From the NCBI RefSeq assembly GCF_036365525.1, contig NC_090396.1, positions 12,008,606 to 12,072,605 of the forward strand: DNA of 64,000 nucleotides, given 5' to 3'. The notes under the pieces are model-generated. The model had not been told where the DNA came from, made no database searches, and saw only the letters and a program-made list of their open reading frames with translations. Shown one piece after another: positions 13,120-24,039 of this stretch. Source of the stretch: Heterodontus francisci. Lineage: Eukaryota. Position numbers and translations under genes: made by a program. Positions within the stretch are counted from its first letter, which is position 1. The number at the start of each line of letters is the position of its first letter.

Positions 13120-14330
13120 TAGTGCCTGAGCACTTTCACAAAATTTGAACTAATCAGAGACAGCCAGCATGGATCTGTGATGGGTAGGTCATGAATGATT
13201 GATTTAGATGATTTTTTTGAGGAGGTCACTAACATGGAGGGAAAGGGAATGTCTATGGGTGTTATTGGATGGAATTCCACAAGGCATTCAACAAGGTTTC
13301 ACAGAACAAAAAATGAGAGTGCATGGAATTAGAGGCAACCTTGGATTGGTTAGGGAATTGCTTAGGAGATTGGAGACGGAGAGTTGGGGATAATGCATAT
13401 GCACTCCAGGATGTGACTGATGATGAACCCCAGGGATCTGTACTGGGGCCTCAGCTACTCACTATAATATAAATGACTTAGATGAAGGAATAGAGAGGCA
13501 CTAAGTTAGTGGGCACAGTACACAGTGTAGATGGAAGCAGAAAGTTTCAAGGGGACATTGATGGTGTTTGATGTGGGAAAGTGTGAGGTGAACAGTTTGG
13601 ACTTAGGAAAGATGGATCAGAATGTTTCTGAATAGTGAGAAGCTAGAGAAGTGGAGGAGCAGAGAGATTTAAAAATCCAAGTACAGAAATCACTAAAAGC
13701 TTAATGGACCAGTACAAAAGATAATTAAAAAGGCTAATAGAATGTTGGCCTTTATCTCAAGGGGGCAGGAATGCAAAGGGGGGGAAGTTAGGTTAGACCC
13801 CACCTGGAGTACAGTGTTCAGTTTTGAGCACCGCATCTCAGGAAGGATATATTGACCTTGCAGGGGGTCCAGAACAGATTCACCAGAATGATATCAGAAT
13901 GGTTAAATTATGAGGGCAGTTTGCATAGACTAGGCTTGTATTCCCTTGAATGTAAAGATTAAGGGGGGATCCAATTAAAGTGTTTACGATTACAGGAATT
14001 AATAGAGTAGATAGAAAGAAATTATTTTTCTGGTGGGGGAGTCCAGAATAAGGGGCATAAACGTAAAATGAGAGCTGGGCCATTCAGGGAAGTATTTTTC
14101 ACACAAAGGATAGTAAAAATCAGGGACTCTCTCCCCCAAAAAGCTGTTGAGACTGGGGGGTGGGGTGGGGTCAATTGAAAATTTCAAAAAGGAGATAAAT
14201 AGGATTTTGTTAGGCAAGGATATTAAGTATTATGGCAGCAAGTTAGGTAAGATGGAGTTCAGATACAGGCCAGTCATGATCTAGTTGAATGGCAGAACAG
14301 GCTTGAAGGGCTGAATGGCCTCCTTCTGGA
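13120..14330 (+). mobile_element. Old degenerate CR1 3' fragment in TRIM-A intron 1
   Basis: Eroded RT-region motifs and a CR1 3' UTR (gaagggctgaatggcctcc). Confidence 0.75.
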
Positions 14331-14429
14331 TCTATATAAGAGCAGCCTTATGTATTGACCCTGACTGTGGATCATTTTCTTTCTGTAAAGTGATAAACAA
14401 TGGAGGAACTTCCCTCGCAGTGAGCTCAC

Positions 14430-15014
14430 CTTTCTGTCAGCCCCCTCCTCCTCCACTGTGACTGTCTCGTGGTTCCTGTGTTCCTTTGTCGTACACACTG
14501 AGCAGATAAAGATCTGGTTTGTTCTGCAGAACAAGTCGAGAGCTTTTCCATGTGCTGGGCACCGTCTCTGGCTCAGCTCCTTCACCGGCTGGGCCAGGTT
14601 GTGGTGCTGGAATACCACATTCTCCTGGTGAGGCTTCAGGTGGAATCCACAATAAGAAGCCAGACACGTCAGACAGGATTGTGCAGCCTGGAGCTTGATG
14701 TGGGTACAGAAATCACAGGCCACATCGCCTGGGCCAGCAACAGGGCCTTCAGCAAAACTCCCCCTGGATGAGGCAAAGTCCTCCAGCACTCTACACAGGA
14801 CGAGGCTCCTGAGAAGCTGAGGTCTGGGAGTGAATCCCTGTTGGCACTGTGGACAGCTGTGGGCTCCGCCATCTGTGTCTCGATCCCAGCAGCTCTGAAT
14901 GCATCCCAGACAGAAACTGTGTCCACACGGGATGGTGACGGGATCCTTGAACATTTCCAAGCATATCCCACAGGCCAGGCTGTCCTCTGAGAGAAGCACA
15001 TTAACAGCAAACAT
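14430..15014 (-). CDS. TRIM copy A exon 1: RING, B-box1 and B-box2 of a finTRIM/TRIM16/TRIM25-like E3 ligase
   Basis: ATG at 15014; C3HC4 RING (CGICLEMFKDPVTIPCGHSFCLGC...CPQC), B-box1 (CDFC...CLTCLASYC..H), B-box2 (CPAH...FC.....IC.VC...EH..H); 585 nt ending at AAG|GTGAGC. Confidence 0.93.
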
Positions 15015-15054
15015 GATAACACAAACAGGACCAAGAGCAGGGGTCAGCGACACT

Positions 15055-15130
15055 GAGATTTAAACAGATTTCCAGCCAGTTAGACACACCCATGAGGTGC
15101 GGTTTCACCGTCAGCCACCAATCAGTTAAT
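15055..15130 (-). promoter_or_regulatory. Putative TRIM-A core promoter (CCAAT box plus TTTAAA TATA-like element)
   Basis: tgattggtggctgacggtgaaacc...tgtttaaatc is conserved in the diverged paralog promoter at ~17919-17990 while the flanks differ. Confidence 0.5.
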
Positions 15131-15555
15131 TTCAACATCAGGAATGTACAGCCTCTTGGTGGCCGAATGTATCTATTGGGTGCAGGGCCAGTGATAGTCA
15201 TGCCTGCCCCTGGGAGTTGGCCCCTGTGAGGCATGATGGCTGATGAGGAAAGAATTCATTGCCTCCAGTTATTTTTGGGCCATTTCTGACATTCTGCCGC
15301 CCTGAGCAACACTGAACCTTGGATTGGAAGGAAACGATGATCTGAAGCATTTTACACCCAATGAAGTAGTTTTGAAGTGCAGTCACTGTTGTAATTTAGG
15401 AAACATAACATTCCGTTAGTACACAGCAAGATCCCACAAACAGTGATGAGATAAATGACCAGATAATCTGTTCTTGGTGTTCGTTGAGGGATAAAGATTG
15501 GCCAGGAAAACTCACCTGCTCTTCTTCAAAATAGCACCAAGTGCCATTTTATATA

Positions 15556-17605
15556 GAGTCATAGAGTTAACAGCACAGTAACAGGCCCTTCGGCCCATCG
15601 TGTCCGTGCCGGCCATCAAGCACCTATCTATTCTAATCCCATTTTGCAGCATTTGGCTCACAGCCATGTATACTATGGTGTTTCAAGTGCTCATCTAGAT
15701 ACTTCTTAAACGTTGTGATGGTTCCTGTCTCTACCACCCCTTCAGGCAGTGTGTTCCAGATTCCAACCATCCTGTGTGTGAAATTTTTTTTCCTCAAATC
15801 CCCTCTAAACCTCCTGACCCCTACCTTAAATCTATGCCCCCTGGTTATTGACCCCTCCACTAAGGGGAAAAGTTTCTTCCTATCTACTCTATCTATGCCC
15901 CTCATAATTTTGTATACCTCAATCAAGTCCCCCCTCAGCCTTCTCTGCTGTAAGGAAAACAACCCTAGCCTATCCAGTCTCTCTTCATAGCTGAAATGCT
16001 CCAGCCCAGGCAACATCCTGGTGAATCTCCTCTGCACCCTCTCCAGTGCAATCACATCCTTCCTATAGTGTGGTGCCCAGAACTGTACTCAGTACTCCAG
16101 CTGTGGCCTAACTAGCATTTTATACAGCTCCATCGGCTAATAAAGGCAAGTATCCCATATGCCTTCCTAACCACCTTATCTATCTGTGCAGCTGGCTTCA
16201 GTGATCTATGGACAAGTACACCAAGGTCCCTCTGACCCTCTGTACTTCCTAGGGTCCTGCCACCCATTGTATATTCCCTTGCCTTGTTAGTCCTCCCAAA
16301 ATGCATCACCTCACACTTCTCAGAATTAAATTCCACTGCTCTGCCCATCTTACTAGCCCATCTATATCGTCCTGTAATCTAAGGCTTTCTTCCTCACTAT
16401 TTACGACACCACCAATTTTCGTGTCATCTGCGAACTTACTGATCATACCTCCTATATTCACGTCTAAATCATTAATGTACACTACAAGCAATAAGGGTCC
16501 CAGCACCAATCCCCGCGGTACAACACTGGTCACAGGCTTCCAATCGCAAAAACAACCGTCGATCGTCACCCTCTGCCTCCTGCCACTAAGCCAATTTTGG
16601 ATCCAATTTGCCAAATTGCCCTGGATCCCATGGTCTCTTACCTTCTTCACCAATCTCCCATGCGGGACCTTATCAAAAGCTTCACTGAAGTCCATGTAGA
16701 CTACAACTGCTTTACCCTCATCTACCGCCTTGAAAATTTCAGTCAAGTTAGTTAAACACGATCTCCCCCTGACAAAGCCATGCTGACTATCCCTGATTAA
16801 TCCCTGCCTCCCCGAGTGGAGATTAATCCTGTCCCTCAGAACTTTTTCCAATATTTTTCCAACCGTTGATGTTAGACTCACTGGCCTGTAATTACCTGGT
16901 TTATCCCTGTTACTCTTGAATAATGGTACCACATTTACTGTGCTCCAGTCCTCTGGTACCTCTCCTGTGGCCAGAGAGGATTTGAAAATTTGTGTCAGAG
17001 CGGCACAGCGGCGCAGTGGTTAGCACCGCAGCCTCACAGCTCCAGCGACCCGGGTTCAATTCTGGGTACTGCCTGTGTGGAGTTTGCAAGTTCTCCCTGT
17101 GTCTGCGTGGGTTTTCTCCGGGTGCTCCAGTTTCCTCCCACAAGCCAAAAGACTTGCAGGTTGGTAGGTAAATTGGCCATTATAAATTGCCCCTAAAATA
17201 GGTAGGTGGTAGGGAAATATAGGGACAGGTGGGGATGTGGTAGGAATATGGGATTAGTGTAGGATTAGTATAAATGGGTGGTTGATGGTCGGCACAGACT
17301 CGGTGGGCCGAAGGGCCTGTTTCAGTGCTGTATCTCTACACTAAACTAAACTAAACTAAACAGCCCCTCCTATCTCCTCCCTTGTCTCACATAACAGCCT
17401 GGGATACATCTCATCTGGGCCTGTGGATTTATCCACTTTTAAGCCCGCTAAAACAGCGAATACCTCCTCCCTTTCAATACTAATTTGTTCAAGTATATCA
17501 CAATCCCCCTCCCTGATCTCTACACCTACATCGTCCTTCTCCATAGTGAACACAGATGAAAAGTAATCATTTAAAACCTCACCTCTGTCCTCCGGTTCCA
17601 CACAC
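15556..17605 (-). mobile_element. 5'-truncated CR1 LINE
   Basis: RT ORF pieces 16306-16932 and 15633-16055; (agagtcat) tail; ATATA duplicated at 15551-15555 and 17606-17610. Confidence 0.9.
17001..17361 (+). mobile_element. tRNA-derived V-SINE (HE1-like)
   Basis: Near-identical to 2739-3097; (ctaaa)n tail. Confidence 0.9.
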
Positions 17606-17879
17606 ATATACAGCTGACAGGGCTCATAGTGCCTCAGTTTAATGTCCCATTTGAAAGACAGCATCACCACTGGTACGTCAGCCTCGATTATCAGCTCAAC
17701 TGTCTGGAGTGGGACTTAAACCCACAACTCGCTGGCTTACAGGCAAGAGTATTACCCACTGAGCTATGCCTGACACCCAATAGGAGAGAAGTGGCATATG
17801 ATATCACATCATCATTATTGCCTCATTTAAATATGGGCAAGCACTTCTGTCACGTCCTGATGAAATCTGTTTAACTTTC

Positions 17880-18740
17880 AATGTCACTGGTCAGCTCTCA
17901 CACCCTGATAACACGGCCTTGATTGGTGGCTGACAGTGAAACCCCACCCCCGACCCTCTTCTCACTGGCTGGAAACCTGTTTAAATCCCAGCACTGATGA
18001 CCCCTGCTTGAATCCTGTTTGCTTCATCATGTCTGTTGTTGATGTGCAGGTACAGCTAGTGATTATGTAGGCAAATGGAATGTTGACCTTTATGGCAAGG
18101 GGGATAGAGTATAAAAGTAGAGAAGTCTTGCTACAACTGTGCAGGGCATTGGTGAGACCGCACCTAGAGTACAGCGTACTGTTTTGGTTTCCTTATTTAA
18201 GGAGAGATATACTTGCTTTGGAGGTAGTTCAGAGAAGGTTCACTAGGTTGATTCCTAAGATGAAGGGGCTGTATTTTGAGGAAAGGTTGGGCTGAGACTC
18301 ATTGGAGTTTAGAAGAATGAGAGATGATCTTATTGAAACATATAAGATTCTGAGGGAGCTTGACAGGGTAGATGCTGAGAGGATGTTTCCCCTCATGGAG
18401 AAATCTAGAACTAGGGGCACAGTTTCAGAATAAGGAGTCACCCATTTAAGATGGAGATGAGGAAGGATTTCTTCTCTCGGAGGGTCGTTAACCTTTGGAA
18501 TTCTCTACCCCAGAGAGCTGGACATTGAATATATTCAGGCTGAGATGGACAGATCTTTGAACTATAGGGAAGTCAAGGGTTACGGGGAACAGGCAGGAAT
18601 TGAGGCCAAGATCAGATCAGCCATGGTCTTATTTAATGGCGGAGCAGGCTCGAGGGACCAAATGGCCTACTCCTACTCCTTGTTCTTAGGTTCTCTAGAG
18701 GATGGCCTGGCCTGTGGGATATGCTTGGAAATGTTCAAGA
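17880..18740 (+). pseudogene. Relic promoter and first codons of an older TRIM paralog, interrupted by a CR1 fragment
   Basis: ATG at 18029 reads MSVVDV, then CR1 (18048-18690), then EDGLACGICLEMFK; homologous to but clearly diverged from copy A (MFAVNVLLSEDSLACGICLEMFK). Confidence 0.8.
18048..18690 (+). mobile_element. CR1 3' fragment
   Basis: ARGIEYKSREV...LVRPHLEY motif and CR1 3' UTR. Confidence 0.85.
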
Positions 18741-19043
18741 ACAGATTATCTGGTCATTTATATCATCACTGTTTGTGGGATCTTGCTGTGTACTAACAGA
18801 ATGTTCTTTCCTCATCAGCCATCATGCCTCACAGGGGCCAACTCCCAGGGACAGGCAGGACTATCACTGGCCCTTCACCCAATAGATACATTCAGCCACC
18901 AAGAGGCTGTACATTCCTGATGTTGAAATTAACTGATTGGTGGCTGACGGTGAAACCGCACCTCATGGGTGTGTCTAACTGGCTGGAAATCTGTTTAAAT
19001 CTCAGTGTCGCTGACCCCTGCTCTTGGTCCTGTTTGTGTTATC

Positions 19044-19860
19044 ATGTTTGCTGTTAATGTGCTTCTCTCAGAGGACAGCCTGGCCTGTGGGATATGCTTG
19101 GAAATGTTCAAGGATCCCGTCACCATCCCGTGTGGACACAGTTTCTGTCTGGGATGCATTCAGAGCTGCTGGGATCGAGACACAGATGGCGGAGCCCACA
19201 GCTGTCCACAGTGCCAACAGGGATTCACTCCCAGACCTCAGCTTCTCAGGAGCCTTGCCCTGTGTAGAGTGCTGGAGGACTTTGCCTCATCCAGGGGGAG
19301 TTTTGCTGAAGGCCCTGTTGCTGGCCCAGGCGATGTGTCCTGTGATTTCTGTACCCACATCAAGCTCCAGGCTGCACAATCCTGTCTGACGTGTCTGGCT
19401 TCTTAAAAGCAAAATACTGCGGATGCTGGAAATCTGAAACAAAAACAAGAAATGCTGGAATCACTCAGCAGGTCTGGCAGCATCTGTGGAAAGAGAAGCA
19501 GAGTTAACGTTTCGGGTCAGTGACCCTTCTTCGGAAGGGTCACTGACCCGAAATGTTAACTCTGCTTCTCTTTCCACAGATGCTGCCAGACCTGCTGAGT
19601 GATTCCAGCATTTCTTGTTTTTGTGTCTGGCTTCTTATTGTGGATTCCACCTGAAGCCTCACCAGGAGAATGTGGTATTCCAGCACCACAACCTGGCCCA
19701 GCCGGTGAAGGAGCTGAGCCAGAGACGGTGCCCAGCACATGGAAAAGCTCTTGACTTGCTCTGCAGAACAAACCAGATCTTTTTCTGCTCAGTGTGTACG
19801 ACAAAGGAACACAGGAAGCACGAGACAGTCACAGTGGAGGAGGAGGGGGCTGACAGAAAG
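19044..19860 (+). pseudogene. TRIM copy B exon 1, about 99% identical to copy A, disrupted by an insertion that creates TAA at 19404-19406
   Basis: Length 817 = 585 + 217-bp insert + 15-bp TSD; donor AAG|GTAGGA at 19860/19861. Confidence 0.9.
19406..19622. mobile_element. Palindromic Penelope-like element terminal fragment
   Basis: 15-bp TSD GTGTCTGGCTTCTTA at 19391-19405 and 19623-19637; 91-bp inverted arms 19439-19529 and 19534-19624 with one mismatch; hammerhead-like motif. Confidence 0.75.
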
Positions 19861-20158
19861 GTAGGATTTTATATGTCAGCGAATCCCTCAATGCGGAGGA
19901 TAAACCTGTTCAGAAGGGATGTTATTCCCAATACTCCCTCTACTTACTGCCGTAAAAAACCAAGGGCTGCTTGGGAATGTCCAGATGAATAGGCCACTAA
20001 ATCCTTGTCATTGTCATTGAATTGAAAACAATTTGGCCAACCTGGGGGAGAAGATTCAGAAAGGAGTGACCAGAATGATTCCAGGCCTGTGGACATTGAG
20101 TTGTGAAGAAGGACTCAAACAACTAAACTTATTTACGCTGGAGTAAAGAGAAAGAGGA

Positions 20159-20350
20159 GATGGAGAGGGACTGATGACCCAATGGGTCCGGATGGAGAGG
20201 GACTGATGACCCAATGGGTCCGGATAGAGAGGGACTGATGACCCAATGGGTCCGGATGGAGAGGGACTGATGACCCAATGGGTCCGAATGGAGAGGGACT
20301 GATGCCCCAATGGGTCCGAATGGAGAGGGACTGATGACCCAATGGGTCCG
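20159..20350. repeat. 32-bp minisatellite, 6 copies
   Basis: Unit GATGGAGAGGGACTGATGACCCAATGGGTCCG. Confidence 0.95.
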
Positions 20351-20549
20351 GATGGGTTTTTTTACAATTCTCGACAAGAATTTTATGATTACCATTACTG
20401 AGACTAGCTTTTATTTTAATTCCAGATTTATTAATTGAATTTAAATTCCACCAGCTGCCATGGTGGGATTTGAACCCATGTCCTCATATCATTAGCCTGG
20501 GCCTTTGGATTGCTAGTGCAATGACATTACCATTATGTCACCACCTCCC

Positions 20550-21318
20550 CAATGGCAGATAGAATTTAATACAGAGAAGTGTGAGGTGACACATTTTGGC
20601 AGAAAGGCTAGGGGGAGGCAATATAGACTAAATGGCACAGTTCTAAAGGTTGTGCAGGGACAGCGGGACCTAGGGATTCATGTGCATCGATCTTTGAAGG
20701 TGGAAGGACATATTGATGGAGTTGTGAGGAAAACATATGGGATTTTAGGCTTCATAATTAGAGGTATTGAGTACAACAGCAGGGAGGTTATGCTGAATCT
20801 TTCTAAAGCTCTGATTAGGTCACAACTAGAGTATTGCGTCCAGTTTTAGTCACCACACTTTAGGAGGGATGTGAGGGTCCTTGAAAGGCATTTTAGCTAC
20901 AAGGTTAGGTTGGATAAGCTGGGGTTGTTCTGTTTGGAGCAAAGGAGATTGAGGGGAGATTTGATAGAGGTGTAGAAGATTAAAACAGGTTTAGATAAGG
21001 TCGATAAGGGAAACCAGTTTTCATTAGGTGATTGTACAAGGACTCAGGAAGACAGATTTAAGATTTTGGGCAAGAGATGCAGGGGGATGTGAGGAAGAAC
21101 TATTTTACATAGCGAATGGTAATGACCTGGAACTCACTGCCCATGTGGGTGGTGGAAGCAGAGATGATTAATGATTTCAAAAGGAAGTTGGATGAGCACT
21201 TGAGGGAAATAAACTTGCAGGGCTACAGGAACAGAGCTGGGGAATGGGTCAGACTGGATGCCGGCAAGGATTTGATGGGCAAATGGCCTATTTTGTACCG
21301 TAATGATTCTGTGACTCT
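20550..21318 (+). mobile_element. CR1 3' fragment
   Basis: WQIEFNTEKCEV...QLEYCVQF and 3' UTR. Confidence 0.8.
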
Positions 21319-21319
21319 A

Positions 21320-22023
21320 TAGCCAGGATCTTACCAAAACCTAGGAACTGCCGCTGCTCGGAACAAAAGCGGGTCCTGAAAATGCCGGCTGGACGGTGGG
21401 TCCCTGGGCAAGATTTTACTGGTGGTGGCCAATTGAGAGGCTGCTGCTGGGACTGACGTCCAATTGAGGATGACAGCCCGCCTCTCAGAGCTGCTGGCCC
21501 AATCAGCTTGGTAGCCTCAGCAGCACCACCAATACAATTGGCCGCTGCTGAGGATGCAGGGGGAGCAAGAGGGCACCTCCATGTTGGGGCACCCTCAAAG
21601 GCCAGGTAAGATTGTTTTCATTATGTTGGGGCCAGGCAGGTGGGCCAAGGCAATTGGAGGGGTGAACCCTCCAGCAGTGGTGCTGGAATCACGGGGGCAG
21701 CCATTGCCGCTGGGGCTGCTTCTCCACGGGCCGTGGACCAGTCATGAAGGCAGACCCCCCCTCCCCCATGGAAGCCCCCGAGAAGCAACCACGGTTTACC
21801 TGGCGGTCTGTTCATTCTGACAGGGTCCCATCCCGATGTTGGTAAAATACCGGCAGGGGCAGGAAGTGGCCATTATTTGGCTGCCTGCCTCAGGTGGTAG
21901 GGCGGCTGTGCCACTGGTTCCCACCATTGAGAATATCCTGTGATGGCGGGAAAAGCTCCATCGCCATTTTACAAGGCCTCCCACATCCTGGCCCGTCTCC
22001 AGAGGGCTGGTAAAATCCAGCAC
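21320..22023. mobile_element. GC-rich MITE, probably PIF/Harbinger-derived
   Basis: Imperfect TIR (ggatcttacca / tggtaaaatcc) flanked by TAT. Confidence 0.5.
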
Positions 22024-22024
22024 T

Positions 22025-22820
22025 ATGCCTCAATCACAAACCTTCCCTTTTGTTCTTCTTCCCACCCTCCCCTTTTCACTTGCTTTTCCCAGTTGTGATG
22101 ATAGGTCACAGACCCGAAACATTGGGTTGAATTTTCCTGGCCCGTTGGGGTCAGGCTGGGAGGCGGGAGGGCTGGCGGTGGGTGGGAGGGGGGAGCGGGG
22201 GAGACAATGGGAGGGGAGCAGAACATCTTTGGCAATATGCCAATGGCAGGAAACCCAGTGATCTGGCAGCCCATTGGGCAGCCCATTGGGCCGCCTATTG
22301 AGCCACTTAAGAGCCCCATGAAGAGTTACTACTTCCCCATTGGGAGGGTCCAACTGCCACATGGGGAGACCACTCGGTAAACCCTGGTTAACACCCAGTG
22401 AGTTCCTGGCGGGGGCCCTCCTTGATGGGTGCTCCATGGCCCATGGAGGGGCTCTCTGGTGGCAATGCCACCCCCACGCCACCAGTGCAGCACCACCACC
22501 CCCCGCCCCCCACCTACCTCCTCTTCTAGGGTGCCCAACCATTGAGGCATCCTCTCGCTGGTGTTGCCTCACTAGCGGTTAATTGACTGCTAATTAGCGT
22601 GTTAATTGGCTGCTGCCGGAATAATGCTGCCCTGGGGTCCCGCCGCCTGCCAGAGCAGGGTTGGCTCCCGCTTTCGGCCCTGGCAGCCGGACTTCAGCCT
22701 TTCCCGAAAAATTCAGCCCATTCACTCTGTTTCTCCACAGATGCTGCCTGACCTGCTGAGTATTTCCAGCACTTTCTGTTTTTATTTCAGATTTCCAGCA
22801 CCCGCAGTATTTTACCTTTG
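22025..22820 (+). mobile_element. Older Penelope-like terminal fragment split by a MITE
   Basis: gtgatgataggtcacagacccgaaacatt|cactctgtttctccacagatgctgcctgacctgctgag...ccgcagtatttt is homologous to the 19406-19622 insert. Confidence 0.65.
22124..22719. mobile_element. PIF/Harbinger-type MITE
   Basis: TIR GGGTTGAATTTT/AAAATTCAGCCC; 3-bp TSD ATT at 22121-22123 and 22720-22722. Confidence 0.75.
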
Positions 22821-23137
22821 TGTAAGCTGACAGAATCCGTTGACAGTAATGTTGTTTTAAACCATCGCAGGTCTAGTTGTTACTATCTTATTTCCTGCTG
22901 GGTTATTCGTTACCCTAACAACAATGGGGCTGGAATTGCCTGGATCAACAACAAAAAGCCCCATCGAGCCTCAGACCCAGTAAAAGCAACAGAGGGAGTG
23001 TCCATTTTCACAGAGCGTTACTGGGTGGAACTCTGAAAAGTTGGGAGATCACACACACCAAAGGCAGTCAATTTGTATCACACAAGGATAGTGATTATTG
23101 ATTTTTTGTTAACTAGATGTGTTTTTCTAATTTCAAG

Positions 23138-23220
23138 AAAAAACTTGTCAAGGAGGAGGCAGACACAGAGAATCTTGGCACAAGATCAGACAACTTTAGC
23201 AAACCATTGCATTGACCATG
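23138..23220 (+). pseudogene. TRIM copy B degenerate exon 2
   Basis: tttcaAG acceptor and ATG|GTGAGT donor match copy A exon 2, but it is 83 nt instead of 96 (frameshift) and strongly diverged. Confidence 0.75.
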
Positions 23221-24039
23221 GTGAGTACCTCAAAGTCATCACTTGCTCCTTTTTTTCCTCCCGATATCCCACCCTCACTCTGCTTCTCCACAGATAGAAC
23301 ACCCATCAGAACATCAGACCAGCCTTCCTGTCTGAGCCACTGAAGTGAGTGTTAGCAAGGGACACACCACAGCCAACACCAATCCTGTCATCACTTGATG
23401 AGCACACTCAGGTTCACAACCCCCTGGATTGTCCGGGCATCTCCAGGAATTAAACAATAATCTACAGGATCCTGCTACAAGGGAGAAAAATCATAGGGAA
23501 CGTCCCCAAAAAATTGTGTGTTTTTTTGTTGTTTTCTTTCATTTTTGAGTTATTAATATATTGGCAACAGGATAAAATGGCGGTTTGACTGTCAAACACA
23601 GAACATCCAATCAGTTAATTAAGAGTCTGTTCATTTACTGATTGGCGGGGTGCTGTGAGGATGGACGGTTCAGGTGACCAATAGCAGGGGCGTGGGGGCA
23701 GGGAGTTCGGGGGCAGGAGGTCCTGTGGTAAAACCTCCAGGAATATATCCAACCAGTGTTGGCAACCCCTAGTGCACAAACTTCCACCAAAGCTCAGTGG
23801 GTAATGATCAGCAGGTTCTCTCTCTCTAACCGGGGTGGGGGGGTGTGCGGGGGGTGTGCAGTTATGAGGCCAGTTTTAAGGTTCCAGCTGCCACCCTGGC
23901 TAAGATCAGCTATCTCAGCACAGACTCAGGAACATAGATGGCACGGTCCTGCTCTTGTTGGCTCACATTTTCACTGGCTTCAAGAGCTGGGCCTTCACCT
24001 GAGTTGTCTGTGCTCATGTAAGAGTGCTTCATTAACAAA

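Larger units (their letters stand above)
15345..17777 (-). mobile_element. Deu-type SINE (SacSINE1-like) split by a CR1: pieces ~15345-15555 and ~17606-17777
   Basis: Deu-like core gcacagcaagatcccacaaacag...aatgaccagataatctg; antisense tRNA-like head ending cccactgagctatgcctgacacc. Confidence 0.6.
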
